A stretch of DNA of 64,000 nt, from positions 43,338,001 to 43,402,000 of the forward strand of contig OZ024741.1 in NCBI GenBank assembly GCA_964016885.1. Reading direction: 5' to 3'. Both the position numbers and the translations under genes were made by a program. Below are positions 16,013 through 29,819 of the stretch, one piece after another. Numbering within the stretch: the first letter of the stretch is position 1; each line of letters starts with the position of its first letter. Source of the DNA: Eledone cirrhosa. Taxonomy: Eukaryota. Under the pieces are notes generated by a model. It did no database searches. It was not told the DNA's origin and saw only the letters and a list, made by a program, of their open reading frames with translations.

Positions 16013-16125
16013 CATGCTCCGAAGATCTGACTGGTTATAATTCTGTATTGGCGATCGAGTGACGCAAAATTAGGCGGATAGCGATCTGTAGACATACCAG
16101 TTCAGTGAAACAAATGTAAGCTATG
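16013..16125 (+). ncRNA. Hammerhead ribozyme variant (CCGAAGA core, long stem II insert); mirror copy at 11487-11599 (-)
   Basis: catgct-CCGAAGA-t-ctgactgg...ccagttcag-t-GAAA-caaatg-TA-agctatg. Confidence 0.6.
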
Positions 16126-16346
16126 TGATTAAAAAAATTTTTGTATAGCAAACCATGTAAACCTTCTTTCCTGATTTATTATTACTCCAAGTGTTTACAA
16201 CATAGGAATTACAGCATACCCGCAGCATCACTATGAAAACGCCTTGTTGAGTCAAACCAAGCCAAGCGTTAATATCATCCACTACCTGGAATACCATAAC
16301 TGGACTTCACCTAAGTGGACTGCATTTAACTATTATTTGTTAATCC

Positions 16347-16374
<28 letters not shown>

Positions 16375-16381
<7 letters not shown>

Positions 16382-16866
16382 TTAGAACCCTGTAACCATT
16401 AAGCTCTAAGTATAAAGTATAAATAAATACTGAGCCGATTAACAATATATAGTAAGAAACACAGTAAACCGTGTGTCTAAAATTACAAGGGTTGAAAAAC
16501 CACATATGCTTGAAATATTTAACCGAGAAACAGACAGAATGACAAAATGAAAATAAAAATATATTATCATAATAATACAAACCGCCTCAATAACCATTAT
16601 ATCTCTCGGACAGATTATCCCTAATCTGTTTCGCCCTGAGTGTGTTTGAACATATAATCCTGGGCTTCATCAGCGCGAAACAGATTAGGGATAATCTGTC
16701 CGAGAGATATAATGGTTATTGAGGCGGTTTGTATTATTATGATAATATATTTTTATTTTCATTTTGTCATTCTGTCTGTTTCTTGGTTAAATATTTCAAG
16801 CATATGTGGTTTTTCAACCCTTGTAATTTTAGACACACGGTTTACTGTGCTTCTTACTATATATTG

Positions 16867-16868
<2 letters not shown>
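16375..16868. repeat. Fold-back palindrome centred on a hammerhead ribozyme (HHR at 16602-16680, minus strand)
   Basis: ~190-bp inverted arms; tttcgcg-CTGATGA-a-gccc...gggc-GAAA-cagatta-ggga-taatctg-TC-cgagaga. Confidence 0.88.
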
Positions 16869-16900
<32 letters not shown>

Positions 16901-16903
16901 AAT

Positions 16904-16935
<32 letters not shown>

Positions 16936-17164
16936 TGTACTACATTGAAAGGCAAATTTCTCTCAAACTCATTTATTCATGGTAGACATAAAACCACACG
17001 CACACGCACTACATATATATACGGTTTGATTGTGTCACCCTTGTTTATGCTGGACAAAACCAGGGGGCGTTAGGCCCCCGGTGTTTGCATAGCTACAGCT
17101 TCCTAAAGAAATACGAAATTTCTATACATATTGTATGAAGCTATGTTTGAAGCGAAATCTTATT

Positions 17165-17233
<69 letters not shown>

Positions 17234-17835
17234 CTCTAAATCAATGCTGTTGGCTGGTTTATTACGATATGGGTACCTTATGGCATTACCTCTAACGCAT
17301 CAGATATAGAGTCAATATTATAAGAAAGAAGACAGGCAGTATTAAATATACATTCTCAGTTTATTACATGATTCTGTTATGTATATTTCGAAGTCATCAA
17401 ATTCTTTGTGTACCTATTATTTGATGCGTTGTGATTAGACAGGTCTATAAGTCTAATATCATTATTCTTTTAGTTTTGGTACGCTCGTCAGAGTATAGAT
17501 CACGATGTTGCCGAACATATGAATGACGGTGTGGGGGATAATGCTTGTTAATATTAGCTGACTGTCTAGTGGGGATAGCTTTGATATTGAACAATTGTTG
17601 CCTTGCTGGCACAAAATTTAAACTGAAAGCAATTTAGGACAATCATCTTTGGTGCATATGGGAGTAAAGGCGTGAGTTTTGTGTAAAGGTTGAGTATACA
17701 AAGAATCCCGTGACAGTGTGTTCTAGTTATGTATAAAAATATACCTAAAGCCACACGCTGACACATACTCTCGCGTAGAAAACATCTGCGTACGTACATA
17801 CGTACATAACTAAATGATATATATATATATATATA

Positions 17836-19724
17836 TTTCGTTTCTGAATTTGTTTAGCAAGATTCTTTATCTGAAAACGTGTTGAAACCGATATTGTTAT
17901 ACTTTGGGAGGGTCATCTTGCCAATAAGAAACACACGCACCACATGCTTTCACTTCAATTTATTATAATAAATTTATAAATTTAGGAATTTATAAATTTC
18001 TGGTTGGTTGGTTGGTTGTTTGGTTCCACAACCAGATGATTGTTTATATATTGTCAAAGTTCTTTCGTCACACATTCTGTAACCTCTTCAGTGGCTGGGG
18101 ATTCTTTTCTTTGTTTTTGTGCCTCTCCTTTTTTCTGTCCTACGCCATCTTGTTTTTGTGTGTGTGTTGTGTGCTTAGTTTGCGCATGTGTTACATCCGA
18201 GTGTCTGTGTGTGTTTATATTCGTTTATTTATTTGTTTATTTACATGTTACTGGTTGGTTGTTTGTTCTATGTGCGGGTGTGTTTTCATTTTGTCCTTAA
18301 TTGTAAGTTGTTATGTTGCTGTTCCACACAGGTTTTCTATTTAATTTTGGTTGGAGTTCATTTATGTTTATTGCCTCGGTGATTTGTCTAAACATTGCAT
18401 CTTTTCTGTGTATAGATTCTATTTTTATTTCTATGTTCTCTAATTTACCCTTATGTTCTATTTTAGCATGTTGGTAGAATACAGATGATTCTTTACTATC
18501 TTGAAGGTCTCGCCAGTATTCATTTATCCGTTCCCCTATACTACGAGCTGTCTCACCTGCGGATTTGGTACGGGTAATGAGACACGTGTCCCGCATGTGC
18601 AACCCCGAAGAACTAGAGAGACACATACAACACTTCATCCACCGTATGCAGTTCTCTGGTTACAATCAGAGAGATAAAATCAGAGTATATAGAGAAGCCA
18701 GAACCAAATGGGAAAAAATGGTAAATAACGACACAAATGGGACCTGCCCCTAGTAGAGGAGCACATTTTGGAATAGAATAGAAAGAACTAGGAATAAGGC
18801 TAATAGAATGAACTCATGGTATGATAGCAAAAAATACCAGAGTGTAATGTTCATCGATACAACCCCTAGAGGTGAATTAGCTTACAAATTTAGAAGGGCC
18901 CTAGATAAAAATAAACTCAATATTAAGATAGTAGAAAGACCAGGTACCTCCATAAAAACACTTATTAGCAATACATACCCTTTTCAAAGACCTCCCTGTA
19001 TAGATGAGAAATGTATAATCTGTAAATTAAGCCCCCATATTAACTGTAAAACTAGAAATGTAGTATATAACATAAGATATACTGAAGGACAATGTAGAGA
19101 TAAAAATATAGTGTAGATAGCTGAGACAGCTCGTAGTATAGGGGAACGGATAAATGAATACTGGTGAGACCTTCAAGATAGTAAAGAATCATCTATACTC
19201 TACACACATGCTAAAATAGAACATAAGGGTAAATTTGAGAACATAGAAATAAACAGAGGCAATAAACATAAATGAACTCCAACCAAAATTAAATAGAAAA
19301 CCTGTGTGGAACAGCAACATCACAACTTACAATTAACGACAAAATGAAAACACACACGCACATAGAACAAACAACCAACCAGTAACATGTAAATAAACAA
19401 ATAAATAAACGAATACAAACACACACAGACACCCGGATGTAACACATGCGCAAACTAAGCACACAACACACACACAAAAACAAGATGGCGTAGGGCAGAA
19501 TAAAGGAGAGGCACAAAAACAAAGAAAAGAATCCCGTCACTGAAGATGTCACAGAATGTGTGACGAAAGAACTTTGACAATATATAAACAATCATCTAGT
19601 TGTGGAACCAACCAACCAACCAGAAATTTATAAATTCCTAAATTTATAAATTTTTTATAATAAATTGAAGTGAAAAGAACTGGTGCGTGTGTTTCTTATT
19701 GGCAACATGACCCTCCCAAAGTAT

Positions 19725-19730
<6 letters not shown>
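17836..19730 (+). mobile_element. PLE family B fold-back insertion (inverted arm 17836-18561; RT thumb/GIY-YIG 18562-19330); HHRs at 18053-18095 (-) and 19536-19578 (+)
   Basis: MQFSGYN, SVMFIDTTPRGEL, IKIVERPG, CKTRNVVY, GETARSIGERINE motifs; gtca-CTGAAGA-t-gtcaca..tgtgac-GAAA-gaac-TT-tgac. Confidence 0.88.
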
Positions 19731-19770
<40 letters not shown>

Positions 19771-20644
19771 GCACACACACACGCGCGCACACACACGCAC
19801 ACACACACACGCACACACACACATGCGCACGCACACACACACACGCACACACATATACACATATCTGTGTGTATATTTGTACATCTACATATATGTGTAC
19901 ATGTATTTGCAAATGTATGTTTGGATACAAACACACACACATTTATATATATGCGTGTGTATATATTTACGTATGTATACGTTTGTGAGTATGTGAATAG
20001 TAGTTTTTTTCTAAATATATTATCATAAAATATACAGCAGATGTATACTTCTATTATCTTAAACCGGCCTAGAGGAAAGTAAACTATTTCTTTATTATAT
20101 ATTTTGCTGTGAAATGTATGAGAATGTTGATCCAAAATATACAACGTGAAAGTATTAAATTAATAAATTGAACTGTCTATTGTCATGTAAAACCTGCGAA
20201 AAAATGGACAATATTTTGTTTATGATATTTACTTAAATTTTTACTGTTATATATTTTATTTTCCTTTCGAATTATTAAATAGATTGTAAAATTATAAGTA
20301 AGGTGTAAAATTATGTAGAAAAATAATATGAAAGAATAATGTAGTCGAAAAGAAAAAAAACGTTGTTGTTATATATATTTATATATATTGTATATTATAT
20401 GAATATTTTCTGAGTAACAAGAACTATGCTTTAAAGGAAATAGAAAACTATAAAAGGTGATGTTATGTGAAACACAAAACGACTAACTGATAGATATATA
20501 TTTAAACAACCACATACTTACACACACACATATATGTACATACACTTACAGCCACGCACATATATATACACACATTCAAGCATACATATGAATATATACA
20601 CACACCTTTCTACATATACGCATTCATACACACACATATATACA

Positions 20645-22985
20645 TATTGTTATACTTGGGGAGGGTCATATTTGTGTAATATTGCCAGAATTAATAACAG
20701 AACACACTCACTGTTTGGTTGGTTTTTGCTTCTGTGTCTTTTATATCGGTTAATTTAATTTATTCGGTCCTCAATGTTGCCATTGACTGACCGACGGTCA
20801 AACATAATACAAATACAATATAGACACAAACACATATATATAGTTTATCATAAATCTTTCGTTGCACATCTGCAACATCGTCAGTGGTGTTATATTTTCC
20901 TCCTGTTGTATTGTATGTCTACGCCATTTTTATTCAGTCTGTCTATATATTTATTTATTTATTTGCTTGTTTGTTTATTTGATTTGTCTTCTTTGCGCAT
21001 GCGTTTGCGTGTGTGTATAGTGTTTTGTTTGCTGTGTGATGGGTGACTAGTGTGTGTTTATGTGCTTGTTGTTATTGTGCTTGTGTATTTATTTATTTAT
21101 ATTATTTTATTTACTTATTTATACTTCTCTTAGGTCAGTGTTGTTTGTTTGGGTGTTGTTGTTATTCCATTCATTCTTTCTGTTTAGCCTTGATCTTCTA
21201 ATTTCTATTTCACTGGCCTCTCTGATTTGCCTATCTGCTGGGTCATTTCTATGTTTAGATATTATTCTAATTTCTATGCTGTCTATGTTACCGTCATGTT
21301 GTTGTCGAGCATGTTCGTATAGTACTGATCCGTTTGTTCGTCCTTTTAGTTTCCCCCAGTGTTGGTCTATCCTTTCACCTATGCTACGAGCTGTCTCACC
21401 TGTGTATGTTGTTGTCATGTTTCTGCAAGTACCCTCTGTACATCTTATGCTATAGACTCCGTTTCTAGTTTTACAGTTTATCCGGGGGTTCACCTTACAT
21501 ATGATACATATCCTATTGGTACAGGGGGTTTTCTTAAAAGGGTAGGTTTTGCTGATCAGGGATTTATGGTGGTTCCTGGCTTTTCTACCACCTTTATGTT
21601 TAAGTGGGTCTTTCTCAGGGCCTTTCTACACTGGTTAGCTAATTTCCCTCCAGGGGTAGCGTCCACAAACATGACACTCTGGTATCTCTGGTTGTCGTAC
21701 CATGAGGTGGCTTTCCCTATCTTATGTCTAGCCCTATCTAATCTATTCCGTGATTTGCTCCTGTATAATGGGCAAATTCCTTTCATTTCCAGTTCTATGA
21801 GGGTCCTATACTTCTCCATGGCTCCTTCGTATACTCTGACTCTGTCCGCTTTGGTTGTAGCCAGAGAACTGCATGCGGTTGATGAAGTGTTGGATGTGTC
21901 TTTCCATTTCTGTTGGGTCGGACATGCGGGACACATTCTTCATCACTCGTACCAAATCTGCGATCAGAATATTAAACTTAGCACTACTGGACATTGCTGA
22001 GTTTTTGAGTATCAGATATTTGGAGGCCATGGGTTTAGCATAGTGTGAGTGGAGAATTTGGGCTCTCTCGTCTATAGTGTTAATCCAGATTTCTGTGTCT
22101 AATACAGGTAGTCTATTGTTAGGGTGTTTGGAAGGGAAGTCGATAGTTACAGTTATACTCTGGTGTATGGAATTAGCTATCTGCTGGATGCTTTCCATCG
22201 TGCTACGTTCTAAATCAAATTTGTTAGTGCTCTCTAGTGGGGGTGTTCTTATAACTATATTGATATCGCCTACATAACGAGAGTACATGATGAGGTCTAT
22301 GGAGCTCTCATTAAGGAGATCTTTAAGTCTCCTTTCCCACCATACCATGAAGAGGTTGGCAACATCACCAGCTATGCTGACGCCGATGGCTGCTCCCTCA
22401 TTTTGGGTGTAGATCTTCTCGTTGAACTTAAATATGTGGCCCTTTAGTACAATAACAACAAGCACATAAACACACACTAGTCACCCATCACACAGCAAAC
22501 AAAACACTATACACACACGCAAACGCATGCGCAAAGAAGACAAATAAAATAAACAAACAAGCACATACATAAATAAATATATAGACAGACTGAGTAAAAA
22601 TGGCGTAGACATACAATATAACAGGAGGAAAATATAACACCACTGGCGATGTTGCAGATATGCAACGAAAGATTTATGATAAATTATATATATGTGTTTG
22701 TGTCTATATTGTATCTGTATTATGCTTGACCGTCGGTCAGTCAATGGCAATCACTAATGTTGCCATTTACTGACCGACGGTCAAGTAAGTTACCGAGTAA
22801 GTTAGATTACCGATAAGTTAGATTACCGATATAAAAGACACAGAAGCGAGAAGCGAAAACCAACCAAACAGTGAGTGTGTTCTGTTATTAATTCTGGCAA
22901 TATTACACAAATATGACCCTCCCCAAGTATAACAAGATTTGTTTCGACACACGATTTCATATAAAAAACCTCGCAAAACTAATTC
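20645..22985 (-). mobile_element. PLE family B' fold-back insertion: RT-GIY-YIG pseudogene ~21119-22450 (-) with inverted pLTR 22450-22985; HHRs at 20847-20888 (-) and 22639-22680 (+)
   Basis: [54 protein letters not shown] motifs across frameshifts; inverted arms. Confidence 0.9.
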
Positions 22986-23312
22986 ATATATACATATATA
23001 TATATATGTGTGTGTGTGTGAATGAACGTATATATGTAGAAAGGTGTGTGTATATAGATGACATAAAAAATATATACTCGAAAATACGCACGGCACATAT
23101 TGAGACAAACGAGTGGAAACTCACACACACAGATCAACATATATACAGTAATGTATATAAACCAATGGCAACGATTTGCACATTTTTCTAAAAAAATTCT
23201 CAAAAACATGCATGGGGGTTATAAGTCTGAACTCATGCAGAGATGCAACACCAGTCGTTGAAACCCAACAACAATATCAAAATTGATATCAATATATACA
23301 TACATACATATG

Positions 23313-23386
<74 letters not shown>

Positions 23387-23515
23387 TAACTTTAATAAAT
23401 ATGATAGGTTTCGGCCACCATTGACTCAGACCATGTCTAACTTGATAACACCACCTAGCATATAATATATATATATATATATTTATTTATTCCTAAACGA
23501 CACAGCACAATTGGA

Positions 23516-23575
<60 letters not shown>

Positions 23576-23636
23576 ATTGTATATATATATATATGCATAT
23601 ATGCAATACACACACTCACATATATATATATATATC

Positions 23637-23683
23637 TTCTGAAAGATCCCGTTAAGGGTGAAAGCAGCGATTCTTTGCTCAAA
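23637..23683 (+). ncRNA. Hammerhead-like motif (family C), starting directly at the (TA)n junction
   Basis: tt-CTGAAAGA-tccc-gtta-aggg-t-GAAA-gcagcgattctttgc-TC-aaa. Confidence 0.5.
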
Positions 23684-24039
23684 ATTTAATCTGTTATTTT
23701 AATAAATATTTGCTCTACGGTTCTTATATATTTGATATATATTTATTCTTATCGAGCCCTCTTTGGATTTTAGTCTTCAAATTTATTATTATTACTATTA
23801 TTATTTTTATTATTACTATTATTATTGGTTGGTGAAGCCACGCTTCTTATCGCCTCCAGTCTTTTTCAACGTTTTACCTCTTTTTCAACCGTTCTAAACC
23901 TTTTATTCAAGTTTTAAATTTGATAAAAGTTTAGAAGTGACCCACCTAATACAGGGGTTCACTAGAAAAATAATACGGCACCCCTTTACGGGGTGTCGTA
24001 TTCGTATTTGTGTAAAAATACTTTTTGAAAAATTTCAAC

Positions 24040-26080
24040 ATGGATAACACAAAAAAGAGAGAAAGCGCTGTCAGACAACACAGAGAGAGGGAGACTTTAT
24101 CAGCATGTCAACAAGACAGCGTTCCAGCGGAGGTAAATATAAACGAAAATATTACAAAGGAAAAAAAGATTGTTACAGATTTAAAATTAACAAATATTTC
24201 TAACACAAAACAACACCAACAATAACACCAACAACATCACCAACAACAACAAAAATAACAGCGGTAAAGTCGAGAACGACAATAACAAAAATAACAGCGG
24301 TAAGGTCGAGATGGACAATAACAAAAATAACAGCGGTAAGGTCGAGAACGACAATAACAATGACAATAACAACAGCCACAACAACAATAATAGTAGGAAC
24401 AGTATCAACAAAAACAACAATAATAACAACAGCCACAATAACAGTAACAGCAGCAACAGTATCAACGAAAACAACACCAACAACTGTACCAGCGAAAAGA
24501 ACAACAATGACACCGATAGCTGTAATAGCGATCCCAGCACCACCAGTGAGACTAGTAGCGGCAGCAATAGTGGTGCTGCTGAAAAAGGGACCACTTCTTT
24601 TGCAGGTGTCGCCCGAAATATCGAGACAGTGTTAGTCACAGAGGAGGAGATGGCAGTCGCAAGGGCCATGGTGACAAGAAGCGCAAATAGAGTTTCCCTG
24701 AAACCTCCACCCGATTTTTTCAAGGACCAGCAGCTACGAACGGTGACTTACCGCACCGTAAGCAAAATCTCACATCGAGTGGAGAGAGCCACCGAGGCTC
24801 AAATCGAAAAGGCCTTCGGGTGCGTCTGGGCACGCAAAACCCACATCACCCAAGGCAGAAAGCACGCTACAGTAGACGTACTTTTCACCCCCCCCCCAGG
24901 AAGCAAAGTCTCACTCTTTGGAAACCCTAAAGAGTGAGGAGTTAGTCTTGGTGAACTCCTACTGCGGACAGAAAATTGTGAGGGTCAAAGTGACCCAGGT
25001 CCCACCCGACGTGCCCATACCTTGGCTGGCCGCGTCTGTCCTTGGTGGAATTGAGAACAGGGCGACCATGCTGCAAACAGAAAAAATAGGGAGAGAGAAC
25101 TGGTCAGGTATATGCATGCAAATGCTTATACAAACTGACCAGGAATGTATCGATGCTATCCCCGATATCATAGACTTTGAGGAGGACTCCAACTCCCTAT
25201 AAGTGTAGAAGGAATACGGCCAAAATATTATCTCTGTTCGTCGAAAGGTCACCTCAGGGCCTTTTGCCGGCAGAAGACACCGAAGAGGGCCCCGCTCCTT
25301 CCAATACCTGGTCCGCTGCTACCAAGTGCAGGACAGGCAACAAACGAAGAAACCCCTTCCACGGTGAGTAGGAGGGCAACGTCCGTAGCACCCGTACCAA
25401 GGCCACGGATAACTAAAGCAGCATCATCAGTAGCGGCAAAACCAATAGCTACATTTGAAATAGCTACACAAGCAACAACATTGCCGAAGAGGGCTCCACT
25501 ACCACCACCAACAACCGTGGAGCACATACCCCTCCCAGAGGCCACAGAATCCGACATGGAGTTTGAGAAGGGAGTAACGTGGCAAACAGTCTGCCACCAT
25601 AAACAAAAAAGAAAAAAACCCTTAGATTCACACTCCAAAAGCGAAGGCATACAAAGAGGGGTAAAGGCAGCAAGGAAACTTGCAGCAACACCACCACAAA
25701 CACCAACAACACAAACACAACAAGACACAGACACCAAACAGCAACAAGAAGAAAACGGCAACAAAATCACCCCTCCCCCCAAAAAGTACACAGCCATAAA
25801 CATAGCAAAAAAAGAACTCATAAAATATATAAAGCAGCACACAGACATCACGGAAAAAATTACTACACCCCACCAACACCAAAAACTCTCCCGACAAACA
25901 TAAGCATCATCAAAATCTCAATAGAACAATACAAACCTTTAAAACAAAAATTCCCCAACGCAGGTGGAGACTTCAGAGGGACGGTTACCAAGAGGATATA
26001 CACTGACATACTCTTGGAAACACCCATGACCAGCGAAAGGGACGGTTCTACTGTCCCTTCACCACACGAACAAGGTAAGT
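24040..26080 (+). pseudogene. LINE ORF1 (Asn-rich N-terminus, RRM-like region, degenerate zinc knuckle), frameshifted
   Basis: Fragments 24311-24937 and 24918-25202 (VRVKVTQVPPDVP), VEGIRPKYYLCSSKGHLRAFC near 25205-25270, Pro/Thr-rich tail. Confidence 0.7.
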
Positions 26081-26114
26081 GATCCTTTCTCATTTGCCCC
26101 GTTTCTCATCCAAC

Positions 26115-29100
26115 ATGGCTGTACTCAGAATAGGCAGTATAAATGCACGTGGCCTGGGGTCATCTTGGAAGCAGGGTTACCTGCTCAATGACCTCAGGTC
26201 ACTAAACATAGATGTGGTGGCTATCAGTGAAACCAGAATCTCCGAGGCACGGGCCTTCGCACCGATCTTCGGCGGCTACGATGTAACCGCATCGCCCAGC
26301 CGTCAAGGATCTGGGGAGGGGTTGCCGTCCTTTTTCGGAGAGGCTTGGATCTCGGGATACGGGCCATCTTCCTGGACCTAGAAGGTAAGTCGGTGGTGCT
26401 GGACGTGACCGGCAGCGAAGGCAATGCTTTCAGGCTAGTAGCCGTCTACGCCCGATCTGGGGCAGGACGGCCAGATTTCTTCAGACGTTTAGAGACCTTT
26501 CTTGGAACGTCCCGCTCTTTAGTGTTAGTGGGCGACTGAAACGGTATCTTGGATGCACGCTGCGATCGTGTGGGGCTAGTGGATAGGGGAGGAGGATGCA
26601 AGAACATAACCAACCTGCTCAGACGTTTTGAACTGTCTGACAGGTATCGACTGGATCACCCGAATGTGCCAATGTGGACATGGACAAACTGCATCGGGTC
26701 ATCCACATCGTATCTAGATAGGGTATTATGCAGGGAACTAAATAAGGCTAGTATAAGTTGTCAACAATTTAAAATTGTCGACTACACAGACCACAAATTT
26801 GTGATCTGTGAGATCGACATAGACAGACTTCATAGACAAGGGCCTGGTTACTGGAAGCTGAACGCGTCTTTCCCGGCGCGCAAGGCCTACAGAGACCAGA
26901 TTAGCGTATTGGTTAAGCGGGCGTTGACGGGAGAGGTCGTCAACAACAGGTGGTGGTTCGCCCTGAAAAGGGTAATTAAAGTAGAGTCGATTAGGTTTAG
27001 CAAAGGTGTAGTGATAGAGGAAAATAGAGTAGAGGGAGAGCTAGCCAGAAAGCTAGAAGAGGCGTTTAGGACAGGCATCGCAACCGACGTGCTTGCGGCG
27101 AGATTGGCACTCGACCAATTCTTCTACGCAAAACACGAAGGCTTGGTTGTCAGATCTAGAGCGCGTGCTCTGAAACACGAGGGGACAAAAGCCGTCCAAT
27201 GGGCCCGGGTGGCAGAGGCGCGACGTGGCAATAAAGCCACAATTCGGTCTTTGTCTGACCAAAACGGGTGCGTGATGCTCGAACCCGAGCGGATGTGTGG
27301 AGCTTTTCAGCAGCACTTTGCTGAACTGTTCGGGAGCGGCGGCGGCCCGGATCGGGGCATGGACTTCAGTGGATACCTCGACGGACTGCCACGGATCATG
27401 ACTACCGCAGCACACAGTGTTGCGAAAAGCCAATAACAGCTGGTGAAATACGGGTAGCGATGGCTAACTGCACAAGAGGTAAATCGCCAGGTTTAGATGG
27501 TCTGCCCAAAGAGCTTTATGCATTTATGCCAGACTTGTTCGGTGACCTCTTGGCAGACGTCTACTGCAACTGGCAGTAGAACGGGAGAATTCCCAGTTTT
27601 GTGATCCGGGGAGCAGTGGCGCTGCTGAGAAAAGACCCGAACAATGGGGATGTTATTGATAATTTCAGGCCCATAACCCTGCTAAACGCAGAGTTCAAGA
27701 TTTTGGCCAAGGTGTTAGCAACGAGGTTGGCGTTTGTCGTCAAGGGTCTGGTGGGAGAGGCGCAGACATGCGCCATCCCGGACAGATCCATACACGACAA
27801 CCTCCACCTCATGCGATACATCATAGAGAGGGTGGTTAAAGAACCTGGCAAGGGTGGGGCCCTGATGAACTTGGATCAATCCAAAGCATTCGATAGGGTC
27901 CACCATAGGTACCTGGCGGCGGTCCTCGAGGCAGCCGGTTTCGGTCCCGTTTTCAGGCGTCGGATCGCAGCAATGTACAGCGACATCTGCTCAGTTGTGA
28001 GGGTGTTCGGTCACCTGTCGCAGCCGTTCAGCATCATGCGCTCAGTCCGCCAGGGTCGTCCCCTCTCGTCCCTCATGTATGTATTGGCTCTCGAGCCCTT
28101 ACAGCACAAACTGGGGGCGATGAGGGGCGTCCCACGCGAACTAGGATGCGGGAAATCCGAGTCGGCTTACGCTGACGACGTCACCGTGGTGGTGTCGAGC
28201 ACCAGACACGTCCAGATGCTCGGCACCGCTCTCAAGGAACACGAAACGGTGACAGGAGCAAGGATAAACCAGTAAAAGTCGGTGGGCTTGCAGCTAGGCA
28301 CCTGGAGAGGCAAGTCCATGCCGTCCGACAGCGTCGTGGGGCGTTGGACGGACGGAGCGGTTAAATTGCTCGGGGTCTGGTTCGGACCGGACCTCCAGAT
28401 CCAGAAAAACTGGAACGAGGTGACGAGCAGGGTAGCCTCCCTCACCCGGAAATGGGCTGAGAGGAAGCTGTCCCTGAAAGGCCGGGCGGAAGTGGCGAAT
28501 GCGTACATCACATCCGTCATCTGATACCGCCTCACCGTCGTCCCTTGCTCCAACCCAACTCTCACCAAAATGGAGCGCCTCCTCTTCCGCTTTTGGTTAG
28601 ACGATCCATCTGCTGTCAACACCCCTGCGTGGAGGACTGGGCATGCCATGGCTGATGATGCGCAAACATGCACTGAGGCTGCGACATCTCTGGTGCTTCC
28701 TTGATGGTGAATGGGTGTGGTCGCCGTTCGCCAGGCACATTTTCCCACAGCTCGTCTCCTTGACGGAGCTGCAGTCCTGGGTCAGAAAAAGACCGAGGGA
28801 TAGCGCTTGGAAACTGGAATGTCTCCAGGCGCTCACTGCCCTCCCCCAGTTGGGCACCAGTATCGGTGGAACATCCAACTCGGCGTTCTATAGAGGAATA
28901 GTGGAGGGGAAGAGCGACGACGTTCTCGGAGAGATCCTGGGCGTCGAAGAAGATCAGAGCTTGCTCTCTTCCGGAGAACTTTCAGCCCGGGGCCTATTGA
29001 TAACTTCCAAAAATCCCTGGCCAGGCAGTGCTACCGGGGAGCGCTGCCGGTTCGAGATAAGCTCTACAGGCACGGAAGTGCCGTCAGCCGAGCCTGTCCG

Positions 29101-29511
29101 AAATGCGCGCATAGCGACGAAACCGTTGTGCACGCACTCGTTCAGTGCCCGAGCATTGCTGACTTGTGGAGCTATGTCGAACAGTTGCTGTCACGTGTGG
29201 GACTGATCCGTTTGTCGACTGAGTCCATTGTTCAGATGGTCTCGCCGTCTTCCTTTGACGAGGAAGGGCAGGCGGTTTTCATCTGCCTGGTGGCCATGGC
29301 GAAAGAGATTGTGTGGTGAACAAGGTCAAAAGGATTAAAGACAAACACTTTCCTCTTCGGCGAATCCCTGATTAACTTTTTCAAGTTTCACCTGAAGAGG
29401 AAAATCAGGGTGGAGAGGCAAGTGCTGCTTTCTAGCGAGTTTGTTGAAAGGTGGGTGAATGTAGTGAGAATGGTCCGAGTGAACGGGACCACTCTGAATA
29501 TACGTCTGTAG
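26115..29511 (+). pseudogene. LINE ORF2: APE endonuclease + RT + C-terminal zinc finger, with stops and frameshifts
   Basis: SINARGL, SET, VYA, GD.N, WTW, YLDRV, TDH, GPGYWKLN, KSPGLDGLP, FRPITLLN, DQSKAFDRV, VRQG, AYADDV, LLGVWF, ETVVHALVQC. Confidence 0.93.
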
Positions 29512-29819
29512 TTTGAGGGATGGAAAAATTGAGAGATGGCGCTTGCCCTGGTAGTCAGGGTGGACGTGGTCTTTTGTGCGGTTTTCGCCACGAGTAACCC
29601 TCGGAGGTTTCCCCCCTATTGGGGAATTTTTCATTGTTTCAATTTTCATTTTATTGTTTATATATATATATGTTTTATGTCTTTTTTCTTTTCTTATATA
29701 AATAATAAAAATATTTACACGCACAAAACCCACATCGTACCGTCCTGTTGCGTCTGTGATGTTTTTTCTGGATGTCAGCCCTTGTGGCCAATAAAGAAAT
29801 CATTATTATTATTATTATT

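Larger units (their letters stand above)
23827..29801 (+). mobile_element. Full-length decayed Tx1/L1-clade LINE inserted in (TTA)n
   Basis: 5' UTR, ORF1, ORF2, 3' UTR ending at aataaagaaatc; (TTA)n on both sides. Confidence 0.92.

Noticed and set aside
24243-24360. CRISPR-like 36-bp periodicity
   Set aside because: Contiguous tandem units without unique spacers, inside a eukaryotic LINE
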